From: Eledone cirrhosa
Taxonomy: Eukaryota
Direction of reading: 5' to 3'
Assembly (NCBI GenBank): GCA_964016885.1
Contig: OZ024740.1
Location: 397,358,001-397,422,000, forward strand
Length of the DNA: 64,000 nt
Below are positions 25,321 to 40,634 of the stretch, one piece after another; within the stretch, counting starts at the first letter, position 1; each line of letters opens with the position of its first letter. The translations under genes and the position numbers were made by a program. A model generated the notes under the pieces. The model worked only from the letters and a program-made list of their open reading frames with translations, did not search any database and was not told the origin of the DNA.

Positions 25321-27412
25321 ATGGACCTTTATGAATTGGATTATTCAATCAAAAATATACCTACTCCTTCCAACACAACTTATACCAAAATGCTTATAGA
25401 TAAAATCGAACAAGTCGTTAAAAGAATGAGATGAAGGCAATGGTTTACGATGGACTATTCAGTGCTGATACTAATGATTGTTTTGACATAAAATCCCGTA
25501 AATATCCACCTATAATTAAAGACATGGCCAACTTCGAATTAGACTTTGTTAATTTAATTAGTGATATCAAATTTCGTAAGTACAATAATAACTTTCAAAC
25601 TAAACTGTCTAACGATATTTCTAATTTTAGAAATTCTACAAACACCTTTGTTCTTTCTGATAAAACTAAAAATCTCTTTGAAGTTAATAGTACTTTGTAT
25701 AACCAACTTTTAACTAATAGTATCACCAACAAATATCAATTAACTAATAATAATACAATACTATTAATAAAGAAGCTAAAGAACTAGCTAGTTCTTTAAA
25801 AATAGACAACCGGATTGAAAGCCTAGCTAAGCGTAAAGCATATATTACCCTTAAAGACCATAAATTAGACTTTACTAATCGACCTAGTTGTAGACTGATT
25901 AACCCGGCTAAATCCTAAGTTGGCCTTGCAAGTAAAAAAATCTTAAGAAAAATAATTCCCCAAATTAGAACTAACACTGACCTATCACAGTGGCTAAATA
26001 CTTCCTCTGTTATTTCTTGGTTTAATAATATACAAGGTAAAAATAAGTGTAGATTTGCCCAATTTGATATTGTTGATTTTTACCCCTCTATTATTGTTTC
26101 CTTATTAACTAATGCCTTAGATTTTGCAAGACCCTTCATTAATATTTCTAAATTAGAAGAAGACATTATCTTTCATGTTAGAAAAACTTTACTCTTTACT
26201 AATGAAAATATTTGGGTTAAAAAGTCAAACCCTGAAAACTCTTTTGATGTTGCAATGGGTTCATATGACAGTGCGGATGTGTGTGACTTAGTAGGATTAT
26301 TCCTTCTCCACACCCTCAAAGAGAAGTTTCCTTCCCATAATATCGGTTTATACCGTGATGACGGATTGGCAGTTTCTCATACCACCAACGGCCTTGATAA
26401 ATTCCGTAAAGATTTAATCAATACTTTTGCTAATCTTAACCTTAAAATCACTATAGATACGAACCTTACCAATGCTAACTTTCTTGATATTAATCTTGAT
26501 CTACTTACCGCCTCTTTTAAACCTTATCATAAACCTAATGAAAATCTTAGGTATATACACAAAGAGTCTTGCCATCCTCCTATATTTTTTAATAATCTTA
26601 TTCCCAACATTAGCCGTAGGATTTTTACCTTATCTTCGTCTATAGACATTTTTAATAAAGCCGCCCCTTATTATAATAAAGCCCTTAAGAATTTACAGAA
26701 AAAACTCCCCCCCCCCCCCAAAAAAAAACTAACCACAATAACAGGAAAAGGAATATTATTTGGTTCACACACCCCTTCTCTCTAACTGTCAAAACTAATG
26801 TAGGAAGGAAATTCCTTGAACTCTTAGATAAACATTTTCCTCCTAATCATAGATATTATAAGATATTTAATAGGAACATAGTTAAGATCAGTTACTCTTG
26901 TTGCCCATCTATGAAGTCCACGATCACTAATTCAAATCATACGAGAACAAATCCAGGATGCAGTTGCAGGAAGCCGGATGAATGCCCATTGCAGGGCAAA
27001 TGTAACACCAAATCTGTTGTTTATGAGGCTAAAATAACACCTTTAATCAACAACCAGCCAGCCAGGAGTGAGCGATATGTCGGCATGACCCAGGACAGGT
27101 TTAAAACCAGGTTTTATCACATGTCGCTTCTTTTAAGCCCTCCGATAAACGAACAACAACGGCCCTCGCAAGTAAGGTGTAGGAATTCAAGGATAATAAC
27201 ATACCGTACTCTATCTATTGGTCTATTTTAGACCATTCGAGGGAGTACCAAAGGGGCACAAAGAATTGTTCTTTGTGTACCACAGAAAAATATAGGATTT
27301 TGCTAAACTTGAAAGCCACTTCTGCTTGCCTGAACTCAAAGACCGAGATCTTCAGATATTGTCCTCATCTGAAATCTCATCTGATCTGTAACTGGATTGA
27401 CATTCCTATGAT
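25321..27412 (+). pseudogene. PLE polyprotein (RT + Cys linker + GIY-YIG), frameshifted
   Basis: MDLYELDYSIKNIP...KRMR, LKDHK, FDIVDFYPSI, MGSYDSADVCDLVG, GLYRDDGL, CSCRKPDECPLQGKC, VVYEAKI...YVGMT, CSLCTTEK. Several stops and frameshifts. Confidence 0.9.
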
Positions 27413-27709
27413 AACTCAACCGCCTTGAACTCCTTCTCTGCTCTTTACTTCTACTACGGTTTTTTTACCTGCTGAATCCACGTTCTGTACTCTTGTGTTC
27501 TCTTTCTCCCTTATCTCCCCTTATATTTAACCTTTTCCTATGTCATTTTCTCCCCCCTCCTTTTCCCCCCTGTTTTTTTGCCTTACCCTTCACATACCAA
27601 AATTTTATTTATTTTTAGATATTAATTTTATATATAATGGTTTTGTGTGTTTTTATATAATAGCCTCAGATAAGGCTTGAGCTCTGCCGTAGGGTCAGGC
27701 TTTTTCCTA

Positions 27710-27812
<103 letters not shown>

Positions 27813-27895
27813 ATGGATATATACGTTTCTGTATGTGTGTTTGTATTTCTGTGGTTGGGGTTTTGTGTGTGTGTGTGTGTATGTATATATATTTA

Positions 27896-27941
<46 letters not shown>

Positions 27942-28182
27942 TGTGTGTGTGTGTGTATATATGTATAAGTGTGTATGTATGTGTATCATTATATATAGTG
28001 ATTTGATGATTATTTTCTTTGATCTTTTGCTCCATGAACTTGTTGAGTGCTCTAGGTCTGCTATGGGCATTTATACCCTTTTCTAAATATATATATATTT
28101 TTATTTATTATTTGTCGTATTCCAAATTTTTTTTTTATATATAAAATATTTATTTTATAATATTCATGTTCTTTCTCATATA

Positions 28183-28263
<81 letters not shown>

Positions 28264-28359
28264 AATTGTATATGTATGTGTGTGTGTACGTATGCATACG
28301 TATGTGTATGTATATATGTGTGTGTAGGTATATATGTGTATGTTAGTAAGTATGTATGT

Positions 28360-28438
<79 letters not shown>

Positions 28439-28656
28439 ACAGTTAAATGAGGTTCATATGAATTATCTAAGAATGAGTTTTACACACACATATATATATG
28501 TGTATGTTTGTATTTGGTTGTGCGTGTTTGTGATATGTACGTATTTGTATGTGTATAATTGCATGGCTATGTATGTATGTGTGTGTATATATATATACGC
28601 AGATGATATGTATATATATATACGTGTATATATATATACGTGTGTATATATATATA

Positions 28657-30150
28657 CGCAGATGATCTATACGCAGATGATCTAACGCTCATAGCTGAAT
28701 CAATGACCGAACTAGAGAAGAAATTCCAAACATGGAAGCACGGCCTAGAATCAAAAGGCCTTAAAATTAACCTGGCTAAGACTAAAGTTCTAGTTTGTAG
28801 GAAAGAAAATAAGGCGGCGGTCCCAGCTGGGAAATGGCCATGCTCAGTGTGTAGGAAAGGCGTAGGTAGAAACTCCATTTTATGTCCCAAATGCAAAGTA
28901 TGGGTGCATAAAAGATGTAGTGGGATCACAGGTAAGCTAACTAAGAACATAGATTTTACATGTGGCTGGTGCTCTGGTGCAATAAGTAGCAGCAAGTGCC
29001 CACAAAATACTAGCTCCTTCAACTGCGCAGAGGGTTCTATAGAAATAGTGGACAGCTTCCGTTATCTGGGTGACAAAATCAGCAGTGGGGGAGGGTGCAC
29101 TGAAAGTACAGTAGCTAGAGTCAGAACTGGATGGAAAAAGTTCAGAGAGCTTATACCACTATTAGCCGCTAGAGGGTTCTCCTTAAAGATGAAAGGCAGG
29201 TTATACGATGCCTGCATACGAACAGCAATGCTGCATGGCAGTGAGACCTGGGCATTGTGTGCAGAGGATATACGCAGACTAGAGAGGAACGAAGCTTGCA
29301 TGCTCCGCTGGATGTGCAATAGTAATATACGTGAACGGCAAAGCATAAACGAACTAAGGAAAAAATTAGAAATAAGAGGGATCAGATGTTGTTTACTCGA
29401 GAGAAGGCTACGTTGGTACGGTCACGTGATGCGCATGAAAGACGACAGCTGTATAACAAAGTGCAGGGCAATAAAGATAGACGGTAGCCACGGAGTAGGC
29501 AGACCCAGAAAAACCTGGGACGAGCTGATAAATTCCGACCTCACACGCTTACACCTCTCCAAGACAATGTCACTGGACCGAGACCTTTGGCGGTACTCAG
29601 TAATAGAGAAGACCCGCCTTACCTAAATACAAAGTAAAAACCTACTACAGTCAGTAGGCATATCTATCAAAACACACCCCCCGTCCCACCACCTCCACCC
29701 CACCCACACCGCCCCTTTCAATGTAAAGTTATGTTGGTACCACAACATCCAGGCCGAAACAAATGAGATCGTGTAGGTGTCACGACAAAAACACACAGTC
29801 CACGCTGTAAATGTGGCCGTGTAGGCAACACGGTAAAAACCTCCCAGCCCCACACTGTAAATGTGGTTGGTGTTAGGAAGGGCATCCAGCTGTAGAAAAC
29901 CCGCCAGACAGTCCACGCTGTAATGTGGCCGTGTAGGCAACACGGTAAAAACCTCCCAGCTCCACACTGTAAATGTGGTTGGTGTTAGGAAGGGCATCCA
30001 ACTGTAGAAAACCCGCCAGACAGTCCTGTGCGAGCAAGACAACCACTCTTGCCTCAAGTGGGAAAACCCCCGTCCAAACCCATGCAAGCGTGGAACACGG
30101 ACGCTAAACCTGATGTGTATGTATGTACATGTGTATATACATGATGATGA
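28657..30150 (+). mobile_element. 5'-truncated RTE LINE, copy 2, nested in the PLE 3' pLTR
   Basis: ORF 28640-29626 runs from YADD through CSVC...CPKC..WVH..C...CGWC to GRPRKTW. About 113-bp tandem duplication in the 3'UTR (29796-30020). Confidence 0.9.
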
Positions 30151-30229
<79 letters not shown>

Positions 30230-30837
30230 TGTGTATGTATATGTGTGTGTATATATGTATATTTGTGTGTGTGTATGTATTTGTGTATGCGTATGTATGT
30301 GTTTATGTATTTGTGTATATATATTTATGTGTGAGAGTGTGTGTATGTATTTATTTTTACGTATGTATGTGTACGTGCATTTGTGTGTATTGCTTACCAC
30401 GTGTGTTTGTTCATTTATTTGTTGCCTGTATCGCTGTCAACTTTATAATAGTCTTTATTTTTATTTATTATTTTATATATATTTTTTCTTATATTTATTT
30501 GCGTGTGTGAACATATAGAGGTGTGTGTATATTTTTCTAATTTTGTGCATGCATATGTATGCATGTATATATGTGTGTATGTATGTGTATGTATGTACAT
30601 GTGTATATACGTATGATTGTGTGTATGTATGTATGTATGTATGTATGTATGTATATGTATGTGTGTATGGCTATGTGTATGCATATATATATATATATAT
30701 TTATATTTCTATATATATATGTGTATATATGTGTGTGTGGTTGTATATATGTATGTGTATGTATGGATATGTTGATATTTATGTGTGTATGCATGTATGT
30801 GTATATGTATGTGTATGTATATATATATATATACGCA

Positions 30838-31397
30838 TATGTAGGAGGTGAGTTTTATTGTAGTACAATAAAGCAATGCAGATATCGGATAAGAAGCACT
30901 CTACAGTTTGTAGGACTGATACAAACCTTAACTTTACATTATTTTTCTCTTCGTTAATTTTCAAATTCTTTTAATTTATACATTATCTTCCAACGGTTTT
31001 CAACCTCTCTATGTAAAACAATATCTTTCTCAGTTATAAAAGCTATCTCTCTCTCTCTCTCTCTCTATCACCCATCTCTCCTCCTATCTCACCCTTCCTC
31101 ATTATACTCCTCCCTCTCCACTTTTTACTCTCATCTCCTCCTCTTTTTCATCCTTTCCAACCCCCCCCCCCTTCAAAATAAAATATTTTTCCCAATATCA
31201 CACATCAATCTAAAACTACTTTTCATATGTTGATTTAAAACTTCACTATCCACAAGTGTTTTTTAACCTTCATATCATGTCTTCCTGTTTTATCTGATGA
31301 AAACACAAATATTATTGCATGATGATATTTGTTTTTGAAATGCGCATAATAAAATACATGGAACTCTTTTAACCATCTTTTGTTCTTATATATTATA
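30838..31397 (+). mobile_element. Family C element with HHR at 31288-31354
   Basis: Same HHR as 12151, with a pairing-preserving G/A change in stem II; inserted in a TA tract of the pLTR. Confidence 0.85.
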
Positions 31398-31479
31398 TAC
31401 GCATATATATGTGTATATGTGTGTGTGTATGTACGAGTGTATGTATATATATATATATATATGTGTGTGTATGTATATA

Positions 31480-31568
<89 letters not shown>

Positions 31569-31704
31569 ATGTGTGTTTTTATTTTATTTTTCCTTTCCTT
31601 CTTCCTTCTCCAGCCTCACTTTCATATAGATTGCATTTTTGTTTTTAGAATCCAATATCAATAAATACACCAGGATTTTTTCATTCTGATGAGTGAAAGC
31701 AAAA

Positions 31705-32328
31705 ATTTTAGCATGTTGGTAGAGTACAGAAAAAAAAGATAAAAAGAATCATATGTACTCTACCAACATGCTAAAATAGAACATAAGGGTAAATTAGAGA
31801 ACATAGAAATAAAAATAGAATCTACACACAGAAAAGACGCAATGTTTAGACAAATCACAGAGGCAATAAACATAAATGAACTCCAACCAAAATTAAATAG
31901 AAAACATGAATGGAACAGCAACAACTTACAATTAAGGACAAAATGAAAACACACACGCACATAGAACAAACAACCAACCAGTAACATGTAAATAAACAAA
32001 TAAATAAACAAATATAAACACACACAGACACCCGGACGTAACACATGCGCAAACTAAGCACACAACACACACAAAAACAAGATGGCGTAGGACAGAACAA
32101 AGGAGAGGTACAAAAAACAAAGAAAAGAATCCCCAGTCACTGAAGAGGTCACAAAATGTGTGACGAAAGAACTTTGACAATATATAAACAATCATCTGGT
32201 TGTGGAACCAACTAACCAATCGGAAATTTATAAATTCCTAAATTTATAAATTTATTATAATAAATTGAAGTGAAAGCAACTGGTGCGTGTGTTTCTTATT
32301 AGCAACATGACCCTCCCAAAGTATAACA

Positions 32329-32330
<2 letters not shown>
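31705..32330 (+). mobile_element. 3' end of the family A parent PLE (GIY-YIG C-terminus, 3'UTR, HHR) with a 24-bp 5' inversion
   Basis: 'VLYQHAKIEHKGKLENIEIKIESTHRKDAMFRQITEAININELQPKLNRKHEWN' is homologous to ORF 55778-56077. 31705-31728 is the inverse of 31754-31777. Confidence 0.85.
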
Positions 32331-32410
<80 letters not shown>

Positions 32411-32453
32411 ATATATATATATATGTATATATATATATGTATATATATATATG

Positions 32454-32568
<115 letters not shown>

Positions 32569-32610
32569 GTGTGTATATGTATATATATATATGTATATAT
32601 GTATATATAT

Positions 32611-32860
32611 ATTGTTATACTTTGGGAGGGTCATGTTGCCAATAAGAAACACACGCACCAGTTGCTTTCACTTCAATTTATTATAATAAATTTATAAATT
32701 TATAAATTTAGGAATTTATAAATTTCTGGTTGGTTGGTTGGTTGGTTCCACAACCAGATAGTTGTTTTATTGGCAACATGACCCTCCCAAAGTATAACAA
32801 TATCGGTTACAACACACGATTTCAGATAAAGAATCTTGCTAAACAAATTCAGAAACGAAA
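32611..32860 (+). mobile_element. Family A fold-back insertion
   Basis: Inverted arm from the fixed site, short sense arm, full 57-nt tail, long TA tracts on both sides. Confidence 0.85.
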
Positions 32861-32892
32861 TATATATATATATATATATATGTGTATATATG

Positions 32893-32927
<35 letters not shown>

Positions 32928-32928
32928 G

Positions 32929-32983
<55 letters not shown>

Positions 32984-32984
32984 G

Positions 32985-33015
<31 letters not shown>

Positions 33016-33016
33016 G

Positions 33017-33510
<494 letters not shown>

Positions 33511-33559
33511 ATATCAGATTGAGTGAACTTGGATGCTCCCAACAACATAATTTTCCATA

Positions 33560-34445
33560 GCAGCAGGCAGATTTTCTAATTATATACCAGTGTTCAGTAC
33601 CAGTTAGTCAATGTACATAAATGGAGGTATCTGGAACTTTTGCCATGAATAGGTTTCCATACCAATAACTGATGCACTACTTCATCCTTGCTTCTCCATA
33701 CCTTGACCAATAAACCTTAGTCTTATTGATGTTAGACTGTCATGAGGTTCAGTATTAGTTTTATGTTCTCCCCATAACATGTTGAGTGCTTTTCATAACA
33801 ATCTCTTGTAGGCACTATCCAACTGGCTTTAGAGGACCTTTGTAAATGTCCATATTTTGACACCATACATCAGCACACTCTCTGTTAGTGCTCTAAAGAA
33901 TGTAAGCTTCAGGTCTTGGTTTAGCCCAGTAGCATTTACACCACTCTATATTTACTATTGTATTTTTGCGATAAAGTTTTTATCTCACATAATATGAAAT
34001 ATATGAGAGTTTGATATTATTTATTTTCAGAACAATACCTTAACATCAGTATGAGTGGCCAGTTATGGCTGGTTTGAACAGAAAGAGGTGAGAGAATTCT
34101 GGCCAGATACAGCCAGTTTAAATGCTAAAGGATTAAATTTTATTCCAAATTGTTGCCAATTTGTTGGATGCTGACTAAGTTTGAGCTACATTGGCATTAA
34201 TATCCTTCACCAAGTCTTTTATTGAGGTTCCAAGATATCTGAAATATTTCTCTTCTTTTAGCTTGTGCTCATTTAAAGTAATGATGTTCACTGGAAGCCG
34301 ATTAAGAGAGATTAACTCAGCTTTTGTCTGGTTAAGGTGTAGGCACATTTGTATAGTTGCAATTTCTCCTCATAAAGAAAGAATTTGCACTGTAGTTGAA
34401 TGATTTTATCCTTTTTGCCTGTTTCTGGGGATTACTTCCAAGTGA

Positions 34446-34480
<35 letters not shown>

Positions 34481-36100
34481 GCAGTAGCATCTTGTAAATT
34501 TTTGCAGAGGTTACTAATAAACTCTATAATTTCCAGCCATGTCTAGGCAACCCTTTTTCAGGATTGGAACAATACCACTTTTTGCTCCTATATTTGGTCT
34601 GACCCCATTTATTATCTTATTGCAGATATCCAACAAGGATTCTGTGAGGGGACCTGTTTTCAAAATTCAATTGGAATATTGTCTAATCCAATAGCTTTGT
34701 TATTTACAAAAGTGAAATTCCTGTGAAATTGGTTGTATTCATTGAGAATTTGTTGGGTTAATGCTTTGGTGATGTCTGATGGATGACCAAGAAAGACCAA
34801 GCAGGGATCTTCCCATTTGGCAATACTCTTCTTGGCAGTATTTGCTTTTATCTTCCTATTTCCTCATTGTGATTTCATTAATGTTCCAAATGATTTTGTG
34901 TTTTTATTGTTTAGAGGTTTTATTTATCATCATCGTTTAACGTCTATCTTCCATGCTAGCATGGGTTTTCTATTTTCTCCATATTTTCTTCATATAAATA
35001 TCTTGCCCTTGCTCATAAGTATTCCTTTAAGGCTTTCTTAGCATTGTATAGGTCTCTGTTTGTTGAACAAGGATAAATGTTCTTGTTTGCATAGAATACT
35101 GTTCTTAGTTTATCCCTCCTTCTCTTAATTTCCTCATTTTTTTCTATGGTATCCTTCCATTTCACCTTTTTGGAGACATATTTTCCGACTGTTTCTGTAT
35201 GATCCTTTATCATGTTGTTGTAAATAGAATCAACAGTTTTGTCTCTGGTCTCAGATCTCAAACTTTGAAATATGTTCTTGACTTCTACTGAGTATGTGAT
35301 ATTTACTCGTTCATCATTAATCAATTTGTTCCACCTATAAAGAAACCCTTTTCTTTTGCAGTTTTTGTTTGTAAACAAGCTTAATTGTATTCTTGCTGCC
35401 CCCATGTGATGATCAGATTCAACTGAATAGAAGAAGCCCTATGCTTCACAGTTGGGAGCACTGTTTCTCCATTTTTATTTTATTTTTTGACAAAAATGTT
35501 TTTGGGGAACAAAGAAAAGTTGATTAATTCACATTCAAATATAAACTCAAGAAGGTACTGATACTGACAATTTAAATTTGTCCATTCACGATATAATGGC
35601 CCTTTGGAATCTAATTGTCCAATTTGTGCATTCCTGTCTCCTCCAATGAAGATGAGGATAAATTTTGGAATGGATTTTGTCAATTCTGCTGGATTGCAGT
35701 AAAATTATTTCATCTCATCTTCTTCTGTACTATCTATTGGAATCTATGTAGACATAACTGTTGTCAAGGGAATACCATTGAAAGCTACAGTCATTATTTT
35801 TGATTTGATAAATTCAATATTCTTGGGAATCTATAGAAAATCTAAACGACTGTTGAGTTGTTTTCAGCTTTCTCAGAAGAACCTGTTGTCAGAATCCAGC
35901 CATTTTTTTCATTTGGTGGTACTGATAATTTACTTCTATATGGTTTATTCTATGTTCTTGTATACATACCACATCTAAACCAAACTGTACAGAGAGTGCT
36001 GTGATTTCCCTCATTTTAGAAGCTGAGTTTAGTGTTTGAGTATTACATGATTTTGCAACTGTTAACACTGTTTTTGCCCCCAACCCAGCTTTTTATCAGA
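33560..36100 (-). mobile_element. Decayed RTE-like LINE (endonuclease + RT remnants)
   Basis: 'LDVVCIQEHR', 'IGGD.NAQIG', 'SDHH', 'KAIGLDNIP', 'IVPI.KKG' and 'YLGT' remnants. Confidence 0.7.
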
Positions 36101-36249
36101 GGAGGTGCTCCATATTTACTCATGCAGTAAGCAATGCAGTATGAACTTAGATTTTGTATACCTCATATCATTTTCAATGTCCCTATTATATTAATGGTAG
36201 TCAGTATTAGTGATATCGGTGTCCTTCTAGTTAGAAAGACACACAGTAG

Positions 36250-36790
36250 TTACTTCAGTGTTTCATTTATAGAAACTAATTGACCTGCGCTGTTCTACAT
36301 CACTCATGAACATGGCCCGAGATACTTGAACCTCTCTACCTACTTCAGTGGAACTCCATTCACATGTAGAGGGCACTGTGCAAGCTTCTTTGAGAGGACC
36401 AGTGTCTCAGTTTTCGCAACACTGGTTTTTGTTCCAGCCTTGCAGCACTTAGTATCAAACCTATCGAATGCAAGTCAGAGATCACCTTCTGTCGAGTTAA
36501 GTAACACCATGTCATCTGTAAATTCTAGCTAACTGATTTTACACCTGCCAGTCATGATATCACTTCCAACCCGGTTGTGCATGTCAATCCTGTTCATGAA
36601 AATAATGAACAAGAAAATCCGACTCCCACGTTGAATGGTTTTGATTTAGCACCATTTATCCAAACACAAATACTTAGGCATTCATATAGAGACATCAAGA
36701 CAGCAAGAAGATGACCATTGATCCCATACTCTTCCACAGCAGGTCCTGTGGGATGTAGTCATATGCCTTTTCGAGGTCTACAAAACAAGA
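36250..36790 (-). mobile_element. RTE RT fragment related to 7890-9095
   Basis: Reverse complement of 8030-8530-like sequence (e.g. CATGTCAATCCTGTTCAT, GATTTAGCACCATTTATCC). Confidence 0.75.
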
Positions 36791-36875
36791 AAGTATGTCT
36801 TCTAAAAAGAAAGTGCTTTTACTAAAAAAGAAATTTTCCGTTCCTTCCAGTTTTCATTCTCTATCTTTTTATTTT

Positions 36876-36913
36876 ATCTTCTGATGAAGGACTAGTGTCC
36901 AGAACATAAAGAT
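36876..36913 (+). ncRNA. Degenerate minimal hammerhead, family K
   Basis: ATCTT-CTGATGA-AGGACTAGTGTCC-AGAA-CA-TA-AAGAT. Stems I and II intact, GAAA box altered. Confidence 0.5.
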
Positions 36914-37231
36914 TGTTTTCCTACTATAACAAGTGTTAAACTATAGACAGTCAAATCGAACTGAGAAAACAATGTTTCCGTTGGTGTTTCCAATTGATAA
37001 TACTAGCTATCGGTCGCAACTCCAGATGGAAAGAGAAACGTGAAGTAAAGTGCCTTGCTCAAGGACATAACGCATCGCCCAGTACAGGAATTGAACTCAC
37101 AACCTCACCAAATGTGAATCCAATTCTCTTAGCACTCATCCATGTGCCTTCCAATTATATATTTCTTAATTGCACTGTGTTGTTTGCTTTGTTGTTTCCA
37201 TTAACTTTTCGCGTATATATATATATATATA

Positions 37232-37550
37232 TATTTATTAAAATAACAGATTAAAGTTTAAGCAAAGAATCGCTGCTTTCACCCTTAACGGGATCTTCTG
37301 AAACTAACAAAGTCAATCTGTAAACGCAGAAGTGGATATTTCAAAAAACGTTGCAACCGGAGGAAGACAGGAAGACGATACTTTGGTTCGTGGAAACGTT
37401 CCCTGTCAAAGAACAGCAGCGATTCTTTGCTTAAACTTTAATCTGTTATTTTAATAAATATTTGCTCTACGGTTCTGATATATTTGATATATATTTATCC
37501 TTATCGAGCCCTCTTTGGATTTTAGTTTTCTAATTTATTATTATTACTAT
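37232..37550. mobile_element. Family F fold-back copy with HHR at 37255-37305 (-)
   Basis: 37232-37276 is inverted relative to 37416-37461; same CAGAAGA core as 18831. Confidence 0.75.
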
Positions 37551-37565
37551 ATATATATATATATA

Positions 37566-38398
37566 TTTCGTTACTGAATTTGTTTAGCAAGATTCTTTAT
37601 CTGAAAACGTGTGTTGAAACCGATATTGTTATGCTTTGGGAGGGTCATGTTGCCAATAAGAAACACACGCACCAGTTGCTTTCACTCCAATTTATTATAA
37701 ATTAAATTTATAAATTTAAGAATTTATAAATTTCCGGTTGGTTGGTTGGTTGGTTCCATAACCGGATTGTTGTTCATATATTGTCAAAGTTCTTTCGTCA
37801 CACATTTGTTCTGTCCTACGCCATCTTGTATGGCGTAGGACAGAACAAAGGAGAGGCACAAAACAAAGAAAAGAATCCCCAGTCACTGAAGAGGTCACAG
37901 AATGTGTGATGAAAGAACTTTGACAATATATGAACAACCATCCGGTTATGGAACCAACCAACCAACCGGAAATTTATAAATTCTTAAATTTATAAATTTA
38001 ATTTATAATAAATTGGAGTGAAAGCAACATGACCCTCCCAAAGCATAACAATATATCCCACCACCCCACCCCATCCACACCACCCCTTTCGATGTAAAGT
38101 TATGTTGGTACCACAACATCCAGTCCGAAATAAATGAGGTCGTGTAGGTGTCACAACAAAAAAACGCACAGTCCACGCTGTAATGTGTGACGAAAGAACT
38201 TTGACAATATATGAACAACCATCCTGTTGTGGAACCAGCCAACCAACCGGAAATTTATAAAATTTATAATAAATTGAAGTGAAAGCAACTGGTGCATGTG
38301 TTTCTCATTGGCAACATGACCCTCCCAAAGTATAACAATATCGGTTTCAACCCACATTTTCAGATAAAGAATCTTGCTAAACAAATTCAGAAACGAAA
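37566..38398. mobile_element. Two family A insertions plus a captured RTE 3'UTR piece
   Basis: 37566-38054 is a fold-back with the tail on the left. 38056-38187 is an RTE 3'UTR fragment fused at AATGTG to a family A 3' end running to 38398. Confidence 0.8.
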
Positions 38399-38455
38399 TA
38401 TATATGTATATATATATACATATATATACATATATATATATACATATATATATAC

Positions 38456-38529
<74 letters not shown>

Positions 38530-38554
38530 ATATATACATATATATATATATATA

Positions 38555-40620
38555 TCATCATCATCATCGTTTAACGTCTAATCTTCCACGCTAGCATGGG
38601 TTTAGACGGGAATTGTCCCACTTGAGGCAAGATTGGTTGTCTCGCTCGTATGGGACTGTCTGACGGCTAGATGCCCTTCCTAACACCAACCACATTTACA
38701 GTGTGGACTGGGAGGTTTTTACCGTGTTACCTACACGGCCACATTACAGCGTGGACTGTGTGTCTTTTTGTCGTGACACCTACACGACCTCATTTGTTTC
38801 GAGCTAGATGTTGTGGTACCAACATAACTTTACAGAGAAAGGGGTGGTGTGGGTGGGGTGGAGGTGGTGGGACGGGGGGTGTGTTTTGATAGATATGCCT
38901 ACTGACTGTAGTAGGTTTTTACTTTGTATTTAGGTAAGGTGGGGGGGGGGGGGTTGAGGTAGTGGGATGGGGTGTACATTTGGTTAAGAGGTGCCTACTG
39001 ACTGTAGGTTACGCTTTGTACATAGGCAAGACGGGTCTTCTGTATTACTGCATAGCGCCAAAGATCTCGGTCCAGTGACATTGTCTTAGAGAGGGGTAAG
39101 TGTGAAAGGTTGGAATTTATCAAATCGTCCCAGGTTTTTATGGGTCTGCCTACTCTATAACTTCCATCAATTTTGATCGCTCTGCACTTTTTTATACAGC
39201 TGTTGTCTTTCATGCGCATCACGTGACCATACCAACATAGTCTTCTCTCGAGTAAACAGCATCTGATTCCTCTTATTCCTAATTTCTCACTTAGTTCATT
39301 TATGCTTTGCTGTTCACGTATATTACTATTACACATCCAACGGAGCATGCAAGCTTCATTCCTCTCCAGTCTGCGTATATCCTCTGTACACAATGCCCAG
39401 GTCTCACTGTCATGTAACATTGCTGTTCGTATGCAGGCATTATACAGTCTGCCTTTCATTTTTAGAGAGAAACCTTTAGTGGCCAATATTGGTATAAGCT
39501 CTCTGAACTTTTTCCATCCCGTTCTGACTCTGGCTACTGTACTTTCAGAGCACCCTCCACCACTGCTGATTTTGTCACCCAGGTAACGGAAGGTATCCAC
39601 TATTTCTATAGAACCATCTGGGCAATAGAAGGAGCTAGTATCCTGTGGTCACTTGCTACCTATTGCACCTGAGCACCGGCGACATATAAAATCTACGTTC
39701 TTGGATAGCTTACCTGTGATCCCACTATATCTTTTATGCACCCATACTTAGCATTTGGGACATAAAATGGAATTTCTGCCTACTCCTTTCCTACACATTG
39801 AGCATGGCCATTTCCCAGAGACACCTGTGCCCTATTTTCCTTCCTACATACTAGAACTTTAGTCTTAGACAAGTTAACTTTAAGGCCTTTTGATTCTAGG
39901 CCATACTTCCATGTTTGGAATTTCTTCTCTAGTTCAGCCATCGATTCAACTATGAGCGTTAGATCATCTGCATATAGAAGTTCCCATGGGCAGCCGGTCT
40001 TGAACTCCTCTGTTATAGCCTGAAGGGCAATAATAAATAGGAGGGGGCTAAGTACGGAGCCCTGATGAACACCAACTTATACGCTAAATTCTTCACTATA
40101 TTCGTTGTTGATTCTAACCTTGCTGACTGTTTTTTATACATGGCTTGTATAGCTCTCACAAGCCATTCATCGACACCTAGTGTTATAAGAGCCCACCAGA
40201 TAATGGTGCGGGGAACTCTGTCAAAAGCTTTCTCCAAATCAACAAAAGCTAAGTATACTTTTAGCTAGGTACTTCTCCTGTAGTTGTCGTACAAGGAAAA
40301 GTGTGTCTGTGGTACTTTTACCTGACACAAACCCAAATTGCATTTCATCTAGATCAATTCGCTCTCTGATTAGTTGCGCTATAACTTTTTCTTGGACCTT
40401 CATGATCTGGTCAATTAATTTAATGCCTTTATAGTTTCCCCTATCTAGGGCATCTCCTTTACCCTTGAGGCAGTTAATGATGATGCTGCTACGCCAGTCA
40501 TTTCGTATGACGCCATTCTGTATGACTTGGTTTACTATCTGGGTGACCATAGTGTGTCCCACCATTCCTGATTGTTTCAGCATTTCAGCAACTATCTCCG
40601 AAGGCCCAGCTGCCTTGTCT
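38555..40620 (-). mobile_element. 5'-truncated RTE LINE, copy 3 (composite 3'UTR)
   Basis: ORFs 40239-40583, 40013-40237 and 38995-39600. The stop-proximal segment is duplicated (38895-38943 vs 38990-39035); TA flanks. Confidence 0.9.
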
Positions 40621-40634
40621 ATATATATATATAT

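Noticed and set aside
26950-27010. Possible selenocysteine (in-frame TGA at conserved Cys), as described for some Naiad PLEs
   Set aside because: All linker cysteines here are TGC/TGT; the stops elsewhere look like decay.
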